Positions 47,071 through 57,167 of a stretch of DNA of 64,000 bases are shown piece after piece. Within the stretch, counting starts at the first letter, position 1; each line of letters opens with the position of its first letter. The DNA comes from Candidatus Omnitrophota bacterium (GTDB lineage Bacteria; Omnitrophota; Gorgyraeia; B26-G9), in contig JBDRPX010000023.1 of NCBI GenBank assembly GCA_043826565.1, positions 5,758 to 69,757 on the forward strand. The letters are read 5' to 3'. Made by a program: the position numbers and the translations under genes. The notes beneath the pieces are model-generated. The model saw nothing but the letters and a program-made list of their open reading frames with translations. It had not been told where the DNA came from and made no database searches.

Positions 47071-47790
47071 TTATCTCTTTATCTTTTCTGTTTTCAAACC
47101 ACCCTGCGCTTTTTTTGAACAACTTTTCTCCGTCTTAAAAAAATTCACACGTTTCTTTTTATGAATTATTTTATGTAAAAATTTTCTAATTCTAGGCTTT
47201 GAAGTGTAAAAATCTTCAAAATGATCCCAAGGCCTGTCATCACGGCTATTCTTTTGAAATAAAATTAGATTTGCCTGAGGAGTTTTAACTAAACTATAGT
47301 CTTTACGATTGGTTTTTATCCAGGAGGAAATACTCTGTAATGCCGGCATCCAAGAATCATGAAACAGAATATAACTACCCTGATTTAATAATAAGTCAGC
47401 AAAGAAAAAATCCACAAACGCGAAATCAAATTTATGATCTCCATCTATAAAAATAAAATCAAATTTCATGCCATCATCAAGAAACTGCGGCAAAATATTA
47501 TATGAGAAATCATTTTTAAAAGTAAGATACTTATCAAACCCCAGATTCTTCAAATTTTTCAATCCCAGATTTTTAAATTTTTCCTGAAAAGGGTCAATGG
47601 CGTAATGCCGGCTTTCTGTTGCCGAAATAATATGTGCAGCCGAACACCCAAAGGCCAAACCAATTTCTAGAGTTTTTTTTATATTTTTTTCCTTTAAAAA
47701 AAAGTGGATGTATTCCGCTTCATCTTTTGAAATTGAGATTAAAGAATATTTTTCAGGAATTACTAAGTTCTCATATATATTCTGTGTCAT
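47071..47790 (-). CDS. Class I SAM-dependent methyltransferase (Methyltransf_24-like)
   Basis: LEIGLAFGCSA, IDPFQ, FDFIFIDGDH, LFHD. Start moved to ATG 47790, which has SD ggag. Confidence 0.88.
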   Translation of the reverse strand: MTQNIYENLVIPEKYSLISISKDEAEYIHFFLKEKNIKKTLEIGLAFGCSAAHIISATESRHYAIDPFQEKFKNLGLKNLKNLGFDKYLTFKNDFSYNILPQFLDDGMKFDFIFIDGDHKFDFAFVDFFFADLLLNQGSYILFHDSWMPALQSISSWIKTNRKDYSLVKTPQANLILFQKNSRDDRPWDHFEDFYTSKPRIRKFLHKIIHKKKRVNFFKTEKSCSKKAQGGLKTEKIKR

Positions 47791-47855
47791 ATTATTCTCC
47801 GGCAATTGGATTATCCTCAATCTTTTAAAATTACTTACTCTTTCCACAGCTCCAT

Positions 47856-48989
47856 CTATTTCTCATCTTTCTGTTCCGATGTTTTTTTCTGGAGAAATTG
47901 AGAATGCAGAATTTTTTTCTTTAACAAGTTAAATATCCTCAGGTTGCTGCCTTTTTGGTAAAAAATTACAAACAGGGAAAATAAATGATCCTTTAAGCTA
48001 AGATCAGAAAAATTAAAATTAATAAAGAACAACAACCCCGCGAAAACAATTAAAAATAGAGGGTATTTTAAAGTAATAATTAAAGCGAGAGATATCGGTA
48101 AAATTACATTGGGAAAATAAATATGTAAAAGATTATACGGACTCGTCCATTGTCTTGATTCCCACTGATAATAAGGATCGTAGAAATCTTTGTTTTTCAT
48201 ATTAGCAATATCTAAATAAACAGTCTGTAAAAAGAGCACGGCGAATAAAAAGACAACCGGTAAAACAAACCACGGCACTTTTATTAAGATAATCATCATA
48301 AAAACAAGCCAGGCTATTCTTTCGACGACAAGTGCTTTCCGGTAAAGTTTTGTCATTTTTTCCATGCCGATTTTAGACCCCATAGTCGCGGTTCCGGATT
48401 TAACATCATTAACCGCATCAAAAGCCTGGTGGCCGATTTCCTTGCCCAGCCCAATCACAATGGCACAGCAGGCAATGGACCACATATCCCATCCTCCGAA
48501 TACTCCGAAAGCGGAAAATAGAAGCATAATCGGCAAAGGAGACTGGGCAAAACAAGCCGCGGCTATTCCCACCCCGCCCCGTTCTTTGAACCGGATTGGT
48601 TTTAGAGAATAAAACGTTGATAAAAATATTTGAATTACCCATAAAAAAATAAAATAGTCTTCTTTAATAAATTTGATTCCGGTTAAGATTACTAATAAAA
48701 AAAGAATGCTTACAACAGCTACAGCTTTGGCATTGCTAATATTTAAAAAAGTGTTGCTCTTCCCCTCTTGCCGATCCGGCTCTTTATCTCCGAATTCATT
48801 AATTAAGTAACCATACAGGCTGGACACCGAAGCAAAGGCAATAAATATAAAAAAATCCCTTATAAATACCAGTGAGTACTTAGAATATGCTAAGCAAACA
48901 TAAAAACAGGTAATCACCAAAAAAGGCAATTTATCCGTAGCCCAATCTGTCCAGCGAAGAGTCTTAAGAATTTTTGCTTTTTCCCACAT
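47856..48989 (-). CDS. UbiA-family membrane prenyltransferase
   Basis: YGYLINEFGDKEPD...GK, YS..PIRFKERG, HQAFDAVNDVKSG..T; polytopic. Confidence 0.85.
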   Translation of the reverse strand: MWEKAKILKTLRWTDWATDKLPFLVITCFYVCLAYSKYSLVFIRDFFIFIAFASVSSLYGYLINEFGDKEPDRQEGKSNTFLNISNAKAVAVVSILFLLVILTGIKFIKEDYFIFLWVIQIFLSTFYSLKPIRFKERGGVGIAAACFAQSPLPIMLLFSAFGVFGGWDMWSIACCAIVIGLGKEIGHQAFDAVNDVKSGTATMGSKIGMEKMTKLYRKALVVERIAWLVFMMIILIKVPWFVLPVVFLFAVLFLQTVYLDIANMKNKDFYDPYYQWESRQWTSPYNLLHIYFPNVILPISLALIITLKYPLFLIVFAGLLFFINFNFSDLSLKDHLFSLFVIFYQKGSNLRIFNLLKKKILHSQFLQKKTSEQKDEK

Positions 48990-48991
48990 AT

Positions 48992-49909
48992 TCACTTCCA
49001 TTCCAGATTTTTAATGTTCACTTCTCTCAATAAAAACCCATCCCGCAGTCCTCTCATCTTCGCAAAAATAGGTTTTTTGTAACCAATAAGTATTTTCTTC
49101 AGAATAACCCAAACACATTCCGCAATTGAAAAAAACATGAATTTTAAAAAATTCCCCCAAGAAGCATTCTTGCGCACAAACATCGCCGCGCCTCTGCCCA
49201 TCAGATAATACCAGCGGGGATTACGGTCTCCTCCGGTGCTAGCGGCAACACTGTGCCAGATCCTTGCTAAGGGCACATAAACCACCTTATATCCTTTAGC
49301 CTTTGCGCGTACGCACCAATCCACATCTTCGAAATAGGAAAAATATACGGGATCAAGCAGGCCTATTTCATCAATAACTTTTTTCTTAATCAGCAATCCG
49401 CACCCGATGATAAAATCAACTTCCCGCATGTTGTTAAACTGCCCAAAATCAAGACAGTTACACCCTATAGAATTAATCACATATTCATGAAAATTAATTT
49501 TACCTCCGATTGAATACAAATACCCGGGATGCAGTTCTAAGTGATACATTTTAGGGCCTAATATCCCGGCCTGCGCATTCTGTTCTCCGGCATCAACAAG
49601 ATGATTTAACACGTCACTGTCTACCATGGTATCATTATTGAGTAAAAATATATATTCTGCCCCTGCTTTTAGAGCCAAACGCATCCCGACATTATTACCT
49701 TCACAAAACCCCAGGTTTTTTTTATTCTTAATTATCCGGATATCCGGATAATTTTCCGAAATACAAAATGCCGACCCGTCAGTAGAACCATTATCCACAA
49801 AAAACACTTCGTAATTAGGATACTTTAACTGGCTTACGCTATAAAGACATTTCAGGCTATCTTGTTTACCATTCCAATTTAATATAATAATCGCTACTTT
49901 AGGATACAT
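48992..49909 (-). CDS. GT2 glycosyltransferase (rhamnosyltransferase-like)
   Basis: ILNWNG, VDNGSTDGS, NLGF..GNN, LLNNDT, YFEDVDW. Confidence 0.92.
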   Translation of the reverse strand: MYPKVAIIILNWNGKQDSLKCLYSVSQLKYPNYEVFFVDNGSTDGSAFCISENYPDIRIIKNKKNLGFCEGNNVGMRLALKAGAEYIFLLNNDTMVDSDVLNHLVDAGEQNAQAGILGPKMYHLELHPGYLYSIGGKINFHEYVINSIGCNCLDFGQFNNMREVDFIIGCGLLIKKKVIDEIGLLDPVYFSYFEDVDWCVRAKAKGYKVVYVPLARIWHSVAASTGGDRNPRWYYLMGRGAAMFVRKNASWGNFLKFMFFSIAECVWVILKKILIGYKKPIFAKMRGLRDGFLLREVNIKNLEWK

Positions 49910-50873
49910 CTCGCCCTTTTCGTTTATTTTTGAGCTTCATTAAATATTTTTGAGACCGAAATCCCTCTTTTTGAGCCTGCGCCATAAGATGGGAGTAAAT
50001 ATACCATTGCAAAGATTCCTTCTTTATGAATTTAGAAATAATCCAAATCCATAAAGGTAAAACTTTACTGTTAAAAAACAATTCCCGAAGCACCTCTCTG
50101 ATGATTTTTTCCAATGAGGAATAATCACGCAAGCCAAATTCAAATAGAACATTTTTTTCATCAGGCAGCTTTGATTCCCATATGGCCAGTGCCGCGCCCA
50201 GGTTTTTATTATGCAAAATAAAAGGTTCAGGATCCTGAAAAATATGATAATGATAGACACAAGCATCAGGATTATACATAATACGCAGCCCTTTTTTACC
50301 CAGGCGATGCCCTAATTCTCTATCCTCGTGAGCAGCATAGGGAAAATCTTCATCAAAAAGTCCGTTCTCTACTAAAAAATCTTTCTTAACCGAGATATTG
50401 CAGGTTATAAAATCAATCGGCCGGGCCTCCGCTAACCCTTTTATTTTATTAAACTCACCAATTAAATAGTGACTTGCGAATATAGGGACGGAAATACCTT
50501 CAGCCCATGTAGCATACCCCAGAACTGCCACATTTTCCTCCGGCCATTTTTGATGGCAAGCAATATGTTGCTCCAGGAAATCATCAGCCGGGATAGTATC
50601 ATCATTTATAAAAAGAACCAATGGGTATTTTGCCTCTTTAATGCCTAAATTTCTTGCTACAGCAGGGCCTTTATTTTTCTGATAGAAGTATCTGATATTA
50701 AGGCGACCTGACTTGGAAAATTTCAAAACACTCTCTTGCGTGCCGTCCCGAGAACCATCATCGACAATAATTATTTCAAAATTTGCAACGGAAAAAGTTT
50801 GCCGGTCAAAAGCTTCCAAAACGCGGATTAATACATCTTTTCGATTATATGTCGGAATAATAACTGTAAGCAT
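49899..50873 (-). CDS. GT2 glycosyltransferase
   Basis: IPTYNR, VDDGSRD, GPAVARN.G, FINDD, FDEDF...HEDRELG.RL. Confidence 0.92.
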   Translation of the reverse strand: MLTVIIPTYNRKDVLIRVLEAFDRQTFSVANFEIIIVDDGSRDGTQESVLKFSKSGRLNIRYFYQKNKGPAVARNLGIKEAKYPLVLFINDDTIPADDFLEQHIACHQKWPEENVAVLGYATWAEGISVPIFASHYLIGEFNKIKGLAEARPIDFITCNISVKKDFLVENGLFDEDFPYAAHEDRELGHRLGKKGLRIMYNPDACVYHYHIFQDPEPFILHNKNLGAALAIWESKLPDEKNVLFEFGLRDYSSLEKIIREVLRELFFNSKVLPLWIWIISKFIKKESLQWYIYSHLMAQAQKEGFRSQKYLMKLKNKRKGRDVS

Positions 50874-50920
50874 CTTAAGTTCTCACTTTTAATGTTTTAT
50901 CGAAAAACTTTTATTTCAGA

Positions 50921-51799
50921 TTAAACCGGTAAGGACATATCCGCAATACAATCTGCTAATTGGCAAAGCAAATCCGGGGATTCTAGAACACGCAGACAAT
51001 CCTTCGCCCGGGATATGTGTTTCCGTGCCATTTCACGGGATTTCCGCTGGCCATAGACTCCAACATAAGTCATCTTTTGCGGCACGATATTTCCATCAAT
51101 AGATTTACTAGTTTTCTTCTTATTTTCAGCATCGCGCAGATCATTAAATATGTGCAAAGCCTGTCCGATGTTTTTAGAATAATTTACCAGAACTTCTAAT
51201 TCCTTTTCTTTTGCCCCCGCAACAATCGCTCCGGTTCTAACCGCGGCATTGATTAATTCTCCGGTTTTATGCATGCAAATGTATGCCAAAACATCCTTAT
51301 CCATTGATTTGCCCCGAGAAAACATATCCACTACTTGACCGGCAACCATACCGGTCATACCAATTGATTTAGAAAGTTCCTGGATCAAAGACAACGCCAA
51401 TTTCGGTTCATTATAATCTCTACTCAAAATTGAAAAAGCAGCAGTTAGAAAGCAATCCCCGGCAGTAATCGCCATGTTTTCTCCAAACACTTTATGATTG
51501 CTTAGTTTTCCACAACAATAATCTTCATTCCCGGTTGCTGCCAATCCGGCATGGATCATAAAACCGGTATAAATGAATTCAATAGCACAGGCAACCGGCA
51601 TAAGCGCTTCGGCCTTGCCGCCAATTGTCTCTCCGCTGGCAATACAAAATAAAGCTCTCCAGTGTTCTCCGCCATTAAATATGCTATAACGCATTGCTTC
51701 AATCAGATTTTTGGGAATTTCTGCTTCCGGCTGAAAATATCCGTTTAAAGCCTGATCAATAAGCTTTTGCATATTATTCTTATATGCTAATATATCCAT
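50921..51799 (-). CDS. IspA/CrtE-fold polyprenyl synthase homologue with substituted catalytic motifs
   Basis: AMRYS, HKVFGE..AI.AGD, GMVAGQ..D and HKTG.LI are retained. FARM reads HAGLAATG..DYCC (canonical HDDLPxMD..DxRR) and SARM reads HIFNDLRD. Confidence 0.85.
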   Translation of the reverse strand: MDILAYKNNMQKLIDQALNGYFQPEAEIPKNLIEAMRYSIFNGGEHWRALFCIASGETIGGKAEALMPVACAIEFIYTGFMIHAGLAATGNEDYCCGKLSNHKVFGENMAITAGDCFLTAAFSILSRDYNEPKLALSLIQELSKSIGMTGMVAGQVVDMFSRGKSMDKDVLAYICMHKTGELINAAVRTGAIVAGAKEKELEVLVNYSKNIGQALHIFNDLRDAENKKKTSKSIDGNIVPQKMTYVGVYGQRKSREMARKHISRAKDCLRVLESPDLLCQLADCIADMSLPV

Positions 51800-51832
51800 T
51801 TTAAAATATTTTCCTTCTTTTTTATTGAAAAA

Positions 51833-52720
51833 TTAACTCCGCGTATATATGCCAGAAACAAAACCAATTACCCAATACACTAACCCGATGGCAAACAATA
51901 CCAATACCAAAGGCCTTTTTGTGATCGCTTGTGGCTGATATCTTAAAAAAGCCATAACTGTTCTGATAAATTTTACTACCGGTAAAAGTGGAATCAGCAC
52001 TAATCCGGGCACAGGATTGCGCACGATGAACGAACCTTCCAGGTTAATCACTTTCATCACTTTCGCGGTTATTTTCCCAATTTTCCGCTGATGAACAAAA
52101 AATTCTTTTAAATTGGACCGGTGCTGATGCCTAACCTGAATTTCTGGCAAAAAGAGTATTTTCTCCCCCTTCTGCCGCAAATTATAATTAAAAACCAGAT
52201 CTTCTTGAGGATAGTACTTTCCGTCAAAAGATCCAAACTTATCAAATATGCCTTTCTTACAGGAAATATTACACGTTGGTATATGACCTGCTTCATGCCT
52301 AGGTACGCCGGGAAGAAACTCACGAAATTCCGCAATATACCCGGCCCAGCCGATCAAATCATTTTCCTCATTAGCAATATCTACCGCACCCCCCACAACA
52401 TTATACCCTTGTTTATGAGCAGTTTCTATATTTTTCAGCCAATCGCGACCGGCAATACAATCCGAATCAATAAATGCGATGATTTCCCCTTTAGCTTTCT
52501 TTATTCCCAAATTGCGAGCAGTCCCCGGATCTGTTTTTTCTTCTAAATAAGTAAATTTAATATCCGGGTATTCTTGTCTAACAATATTCGGAGTATTATC
52601 CGCGGAACTATCCACGAGAATTATTTCATACTCGCTTTCATATGATTGGTTTTTAAGAGAATCAATACATTTTCCAATCGTCTGTTCAGAATTATATGAT
52701 GGGATAACTATCGAGATCAC
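51833..52720 (-). CDS. GT2 glycosyltransferase with C-terminal membrane segment
   Basis: IPSYN, ARNLG, AFIDSDC, QED. GTG start at 52720 with SD aaggag. Confidence 0.9.
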   Translation of the reverse strand: MISIVIPSYNSEQTIGKCIDSLKNQSYESEYEIILVDSSADNTPNIVRQEYPDIKFTYLEEKTDPGTARNLGIKKAKGEIIAFIDSDCIAGRDWLKNIETAHKQGYNVVGGAVDIANEENDLIGWAGYIAEFREFLPGVPRHEAGHIPTCNISCKKGIFDKFGSFDGKYYPQEDLVFNYNLRQKGEKILFLPEIQVRHQHRSNLKEFFVHQRKIGKITAKVMKVINLEGSFIVRNPVPGLVLIPLLPVVKFIRTVMAFLRYQPQAITKRPLVLVLFAIGLVYWVIGFVSGIYTRS

Positions 52721-52722
52721 TT

Positions 52723-53550
52723 TTATAACTCCTTGGGAGCAAAAATTAAATACTGATGATGTGCCCATAGTTTTCGGATAAGATACGGCGAATTTTCCAG
52801 CCAGGAATGTTTCATTATTTCTACTTCCAATTGCGGGTTTTTTCCGGTAAAATAATCAAGAATACACAAGCAATCATTCTGCTCTAAGCTATCCGGCTTA
52901 GGGTTAATCCCGATCTTAGCTAAAAGCTCCTCTTTCTTCATTGCAATATCCGGCCACCAGGGAGTATCTAAATACCCCTGTTTTTGCAAATTCCAGCCTA
53001 AGCTCTTTAAAAAACTTTTTATCTTATTCGCATCGATATGCTCTGGATAGGGGATGCCTTCTTTCCGGGCACCTTTCATCCTCATTTTACAAAACACATT
53101 GGCCCGGTTAGGGATACAAATAAAAATAACCTTTCGGCTTACCCGGCTCAACTCCCCTAAAAAATTATCAAGCTTCGGGATATACCACAAAGCCGCAAAA
53201 TTCCAGCTTAGATCAAATGCTTTATCTGCAAAAGGCAACATCTTAACATTATCTAAGCAATGTTCAATATTCACATCTAAAGATGTTTGCCGCCAAACTT
53301 CTTTAATTTTTAAAATCCTCTCTTTGTCAAAATCAGTAATTGTAACCGGCACGTTTTTTGCCGCCCACCACATACTGTTAATACCGGAAATTCCGGTCAT
53401 CCCGAAACTCGGAGCTTCCAGGACATTTTTAATATTATATTCAATTTTCATCTTTTCAAAATAACCATGCAGAATAAAACGTTCATATGTCGTCCCTAAT
53501 CCTTCATGATTATTTTTAAAATATTCCGGCCAAACATTGTTAATCGCCAT
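52723..53550 (-). CDS. Class I SAM-methyltransferase-like protein, atypical motif I
   Basis: VLEAPSFG, ITDFD, LPFADKAFDLSW, L.ELSRVS, PN. Start moved to ATG 53550 (SD ggagg). Confidence 0.6.
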   Translation of the reverse strand: MAINNVWPEYFKNNHEGLGTTYERFILHGYFEKMKIEYNIKNVLEAPSFGMTGISGINSMWWAAKNVPVTITDFDKERILKIKEVWRQTSLDVNIEHCLDNVKMLPFADKAFDLSWNFAALWYIPKLDNFLGELSRVSRKVIFICIPNRANVFCKMRMKGARKEGIPYPEHIDANKIKSFLKSLGWNLQKQGYLDTPWWPDIAMKKEELLAKIGINPKPDSLEQNDCLCILDYFTGKNPQLEVEIMKHSWLENSPYLIRKLWAHHQYLIFAPKEL

Positions 53551-55114
53551 CGTTCCTCCGAGCATCCATTGTTTCCTCGACAATCCGGTATACCGGGCAT
53601 AAAGGCGAATCCACAATTTTTTTAAATTCTATTTTTTTATTGAACATTTTTTCCCATATTTTCTTCATTTTAAGCCTATTTGATCGGTCATCAACAATGT
53701 CTGTATTTTTTAGTCCCTGAGATAATTTTTGCTTAAATGATTCCGGCCAGGATTTTTTCTCCACATAATATATTACTCTGTTTTCGAGAATAGATTTTTT
53801 ATTTTTTATCAATTTTAAAAAATCAATCATATTTGATGAAAAATTCAACCAGAAACTTTCCTTTAATCTATTCATTACCTGTTCATCAGTATACCGGCTG
53901 TCCCGGATAAGCATATTCGGCCGTCCGCTAAGAATAAAAATATTTTCTTTTTCATTAACTGAATACCAGTAGCAAACGCCAAAATTATATTCCGAAAACA
54001 TTATCGCTCTAGGTTCATATATTTTATCCAGCTCTAACACGACTCTCTGTATTTCTAAAGCCCTTCTTTTTTCCGAAGATACCCCCATATTCCATGAAAT
54101 CACTAAATAAAGAATCAGCACAACTGAAATTATGACTTTTTTTTGCTCCATTTTTTTAAAAACTTCAATACACCCTACTGACGCAAAAAAACTGACCGGG
54201 ATAAATGTTATTATAAGATGGTCCCCGGAAAGGAGTCCTAAGTTAAAAATATAAAGTAAGAATGGTAAGAACCAACAACCAAAACAAATTAAAACTTTTC
54301 TGTTTTCTTTTAACAAAATAACCACTCCCCATAAAGCAAACAAGAAAATCATGTTAAAAGAAGCACCATAAATCTTCGCCAACTCAAAAAAAACATATCC
54401 GCTAACCTTAAAAAAAGTAAACTGTTCCACAAAAAGTTCCGGAGCGAAAACTGCTGCTGAAAAAACCTCGATAACTTTTTCCGTTTTAAACAGCAATAAA
54501 ACTGCTAAAGCCAGAAAAGGCAGTAAGAACTTTAACAGCCCATTCTTGCCTGCTTTTTTTTGAACCACAAGACATCCCAAAGGAAACAATGCCAACAAGG
54601 AAGTGGGAGTTATCGAACAAGCGATCACTTCAAGAAATCCGGCCGCCAGATACCGCCCCCTAATGATTAAAATCGCTGCCAACATTACAAAGGCCAACTG
54701 CGGAACATAAACCTCCCCATGCAAAGAAAATACCATAAATGTTCCGGAAAACAATAAGATAAGCGCGGCGATCAGACTTTGCCAACGATCACCCGTAAAA
54801 TCAAGCGTCAATAGATACATACAAACAACACAAATAGCCGAAGCCCATACGGAAAAATATCCCAGAGTAAGTAAGGGGCCGGCACCAAAAATTCCCATTA
54901 AAAAATGCAGGATGGCCCCGATAACATAATAACCAAAATGGATCACCGGAGCGTCAAAACTCGACAAACTGCGGGCATATGTATAGGGATCACCATTTGC
55001 CGGCGGATAAATCATAAAAAACGGCAAAACAACAATTACCCCTAAAAAAAGAGATATCTCTATCTTGTTTTTTCCCCAGATTGTTTTAAAAAAATCAAAA
55101 ATTTTATTTTTCAT
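53540..55114 (-). CDS. Polytopic membrane protein, probable GT-C (DUF2723-like)
   Basis: GDP.TY after the first TM, HFGY, GEVY motif, about 10 TMs then a soluble C-terminal domain. Confidence 0.55.
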   Translation of the reverse strand: MKNKIFDFFKTIWGKNKIEISLFLGVIVVLPFFMIYPPANGDPYTYARSLSSFDAPVIHFGYYVIGAILHFLMGIFGAGPLLTLGYFSVWASAICVVCMYLLTLDFTGDRWQSLIAALILLFSGTFMVFSLHGEVYVPQLAFVMLAAILIIRGRYLAAGFLEVIACSITPTSLLALFPLGCLVVQKKAGKNGLLKFLLPFLALAVLLLFKTEKVIEVFSAAVFAPELFVEQFTFFKVSGYVFFELAKIYGASFNMIFLFALWGVVILLKENRKVLICFGCWFLPFLLYIFNLGLLSGDHLIITFIPVSFFASVGCIEVFKKMEQKKVIISVVLILYLVISWNMGVSSEKRRALEIQRVVLELDKIYEPRAIMFSEYNFGVCYWYSVNEKENIFILSGRPNMLIRDSRYTDEQVMNRLKESFWLNFSSNMIDFLKLIKNKKSILENRVIYYVEKKSWPESFKQKLSQGLKNTDIVDDRSNRLKMKKIWEKMFNKKIEFKKIVDSPLCPVYRIVEETMDARRNDGD

Positions 55115-56087
55115 CAGTAATCGCCTCTAAATATGCACTGAACTTTTTTTCTGTATCGGAAAAATCAAAACTATTTCCGGAATCCGGCTGGGTCGGCAAG
55201 TAATACCAATCTTTTGACAACAACTGCATCCGCACACTCCACTTTTCATTTTTTATAAATTTAAAAATTAAATTAGCGGCATCAAAACATACCCCGGGGA
55301 TCTTTAATATCCGGGGATATTTCTTCTTATAAAAATAAAAATGGATCAAATCCGCTAACCTGCTTAAAGATATAGATTTTCTGTCGGCAATAATAAATAC
55401 ATTATTTTTCTTAATATCCGCAGTTAAAAAAAAGTTAAAGACCTCCGCCAACTTGTCCACATCAAGCAGATGAATCTTCACATCCCGAAAAGGCAAGACA
55501 AGCCTTTTTTTTCTTACTAAATCAACTAAGATCTTGGAAAAACCGTTATCTCCCTTACCGTAGACAATCGTCGGGCGGATAATAACGGCGTCCCGGCCTC
55601 TCTCTATATATTCCCGGACCTTTTGTTCTGCCAGCACCTTTGATTGATGGTACAAATTGTCCGGATTCAATGGGGTATTAATATCCGCCGGTACTACCGC
55701 AGGAATTGTTCCAAAAACTCCGACCGAACTGCAAAAAACAAATTTTTTCACCTTATGCTTATCTGCAGCTTCTAAAAGAAGCTGCGTACCGCGGACATTC
55801 ACCCGGTTATAATCATCCGGCCCCCCGGCTCCGGCGCCGCGCAATGCCGCGCAATGAATAATTGAAGAAAATGTGAACTTTTCAAAAATATCTTCAATTA
55901 CATCAGCCTCATAAAAGTTGCCTTCGCAAAGTATTACTCCGCTATTTTTGAGCGAATCAACATTCTTGTAATTTTCACTTTCCCTGACAATCGCCACCAC
56001 CGATTGCCCTTGAATAAGCAATCTTTCCACAACAGCAGACCCGATAAAACCAGTAGCTCCGGTAACTAAAATATGTTCCCTATCCAT
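55104..56087 (-). CDS. NAD-dependent epimerase/dehydratase (extended SDR)
   Basis: VTGATGFIG, IHCAA, VNVRGT, SSVGVFG, YHQSK, RPTIVYG.GD. Confidence 0.9.
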   Translation of the reverse strand: MDREHILVTGATGFIGSAVVERLLIQGQSVVAIVRESENYKNVDSLKNSGVILCEGNFYEADVIEDIFEKFTFSSIIHCAALRGAGAGGPDDYNRVNVRGTQLLLEAADKHKVKKFVFCSSVGVFGTIPAVVPADINTPLNPDNLYHQSKVLAEQKVREYIERGRDAVIIRPTIVYGKGDNGFSKILVDLVRKKRLVLPFRDVKIHLLDVDKLAEVFNFFLTADIKKNNVFIIADRKSISLSRLADLIHFYFYKKKYPRILKIPGVCFDAANLIFKFIKNEKWSVRMQLLSKDWYYLPTQPDSGNSFDFSDTEKKFSAYLEAITDEK

Positions 56088-56088
56088 G

Positions 56089-57165
56089 CTATTTCAACCT
56101 CAAAAAATTCCATCCCACACGGCCCAAAGTTCTCAGGTGATGTAAAATATTCGTGTAGCTGGCATTAGCTAAAGGACAATAACATTCTCTGTTTTTAATC
56201 CCCTGGCGCGCTTTATCGGCTTTTTCTGAAAACCATATCCTTTTAAAATCATAATCAACTGCTCTTAAATTACCTATAGGCTTAGCCGTTATACAACACA
56301 TCCAGACATCCCCATTAGGAGCAATTTGTGCCGAAGCAAAACCGGCAAAACACGGTATCACCTGAGAAGATTCCCGTAATATACGTTTTACTATTTGATA
56401 ATACTCTATACGAAATGCCCGGGTGATTTTCCCGACCTTACTAAAGTTACCGGTTTTTAATCTATGAATCAAAAAATCAACAGCTTTTACATAATCTTCA
56501 TAGTCCGGAGTTATGCCCAGGCCCATTGTCCCCAGTTCTTCCCGCTCTTCGGCAATTTCCGTTATATAGGAATCGGGATTAAGGGTACTTAGGTGATTAT
56601 ATATTTCCGGTATACGTAAAACATTAAACCGGGAAATAACAGTATGAATACCCACGGAAAGATTTGGCAAGTCCATCTTTTTCAATTCCGTAAATGTTTT
56701 TACCGCCTTTTCATAGCTTCCCGGAATTCCCCGGATAATATCATGCTTTCCCCCAATATCATCAATGGAGACATTGATCACTATCTGTGATTTCTTACAA
56801 TATTTAGCGATATTTCTGACTAACTCCGGGATCTTATCTACTAACAAACCATTTGTCGGGATATTGATTATTGCCGGAGAACAGTTATCGTACAAAGAAT
56901 AAACTATCTCTTCTACATCCTTCCGCAGAAACGGTTCCCCTCCGCTTATTGTCGCCCAAACAACAGTATTACCTATTTTTTTAAAAAGTTTTTCCCATTC
57001 CGGTGATGAAAATTCTTCACAATCTTTATTATAAATATTGCAGGTTTGGCAGCGGGAATTACATTTATAACTGACACTGAGGGTAAGATTCAGGGGAAGC
57101 TTACGCGGCCGGTTAAACAAACGAAAAAAATAGTATCCCGGAATTTTTGAAATTACTTTCAGCAT
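56089..57165 (-). CDS. Radical SAM protein with SPASM/twitch-like C-terminus
   Basis: CNSRCQTC, SGGEPFLR, TNG, C-terminal CFAG...GDVWMCC...CYC. Confidence 0.9.
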   Translation of the reverse strand: MLKVISKIPGYYFFRLFNRPRKLPLNLTLSVSYKCNSRCQTCNIYNKDCEEFSSPEWEKLFKKIGNTVVWATISGGEPFLRKDVEEIVYSLYDNCSPAIINIPTNGLLVDKIPELVRNIAKYCKKSQIVINVSIDDIGGKHDIIRGIPGSYEKAVKTFTELKKMDLPNLSVGIHTVISRFNVLRIPEIYNHLSTLNPDSYITEIAEEREELGTMGLGITPDYEDYVKAVDFLIHRLKTGNFSKVGKITRAFRIEYYQIVKRILRESSQVIPCFAGFASAQIAPNGDVWMCCITAKPIGNLRAVDYDFKRIWFSEKADKARQGIKNRECYCPLANASYTNILHHLRTLGRVGWNFLRLK

Positions 57166-57167
57166 AT

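Noticed and set aside
42164-51799. Standard carotenoid or hopanoid cluster
   Set aside because: No phytoene/squalene synthase or squalene-hopene cyclase in the window, and the CrtE-like gene lacks its catalytic motifs.
55836-55856. Tandem 10-nt duplication gccgcgcaat x2
   Set aside because: Only two copies, overlapping the conserved IHCAA motif; likely chance.
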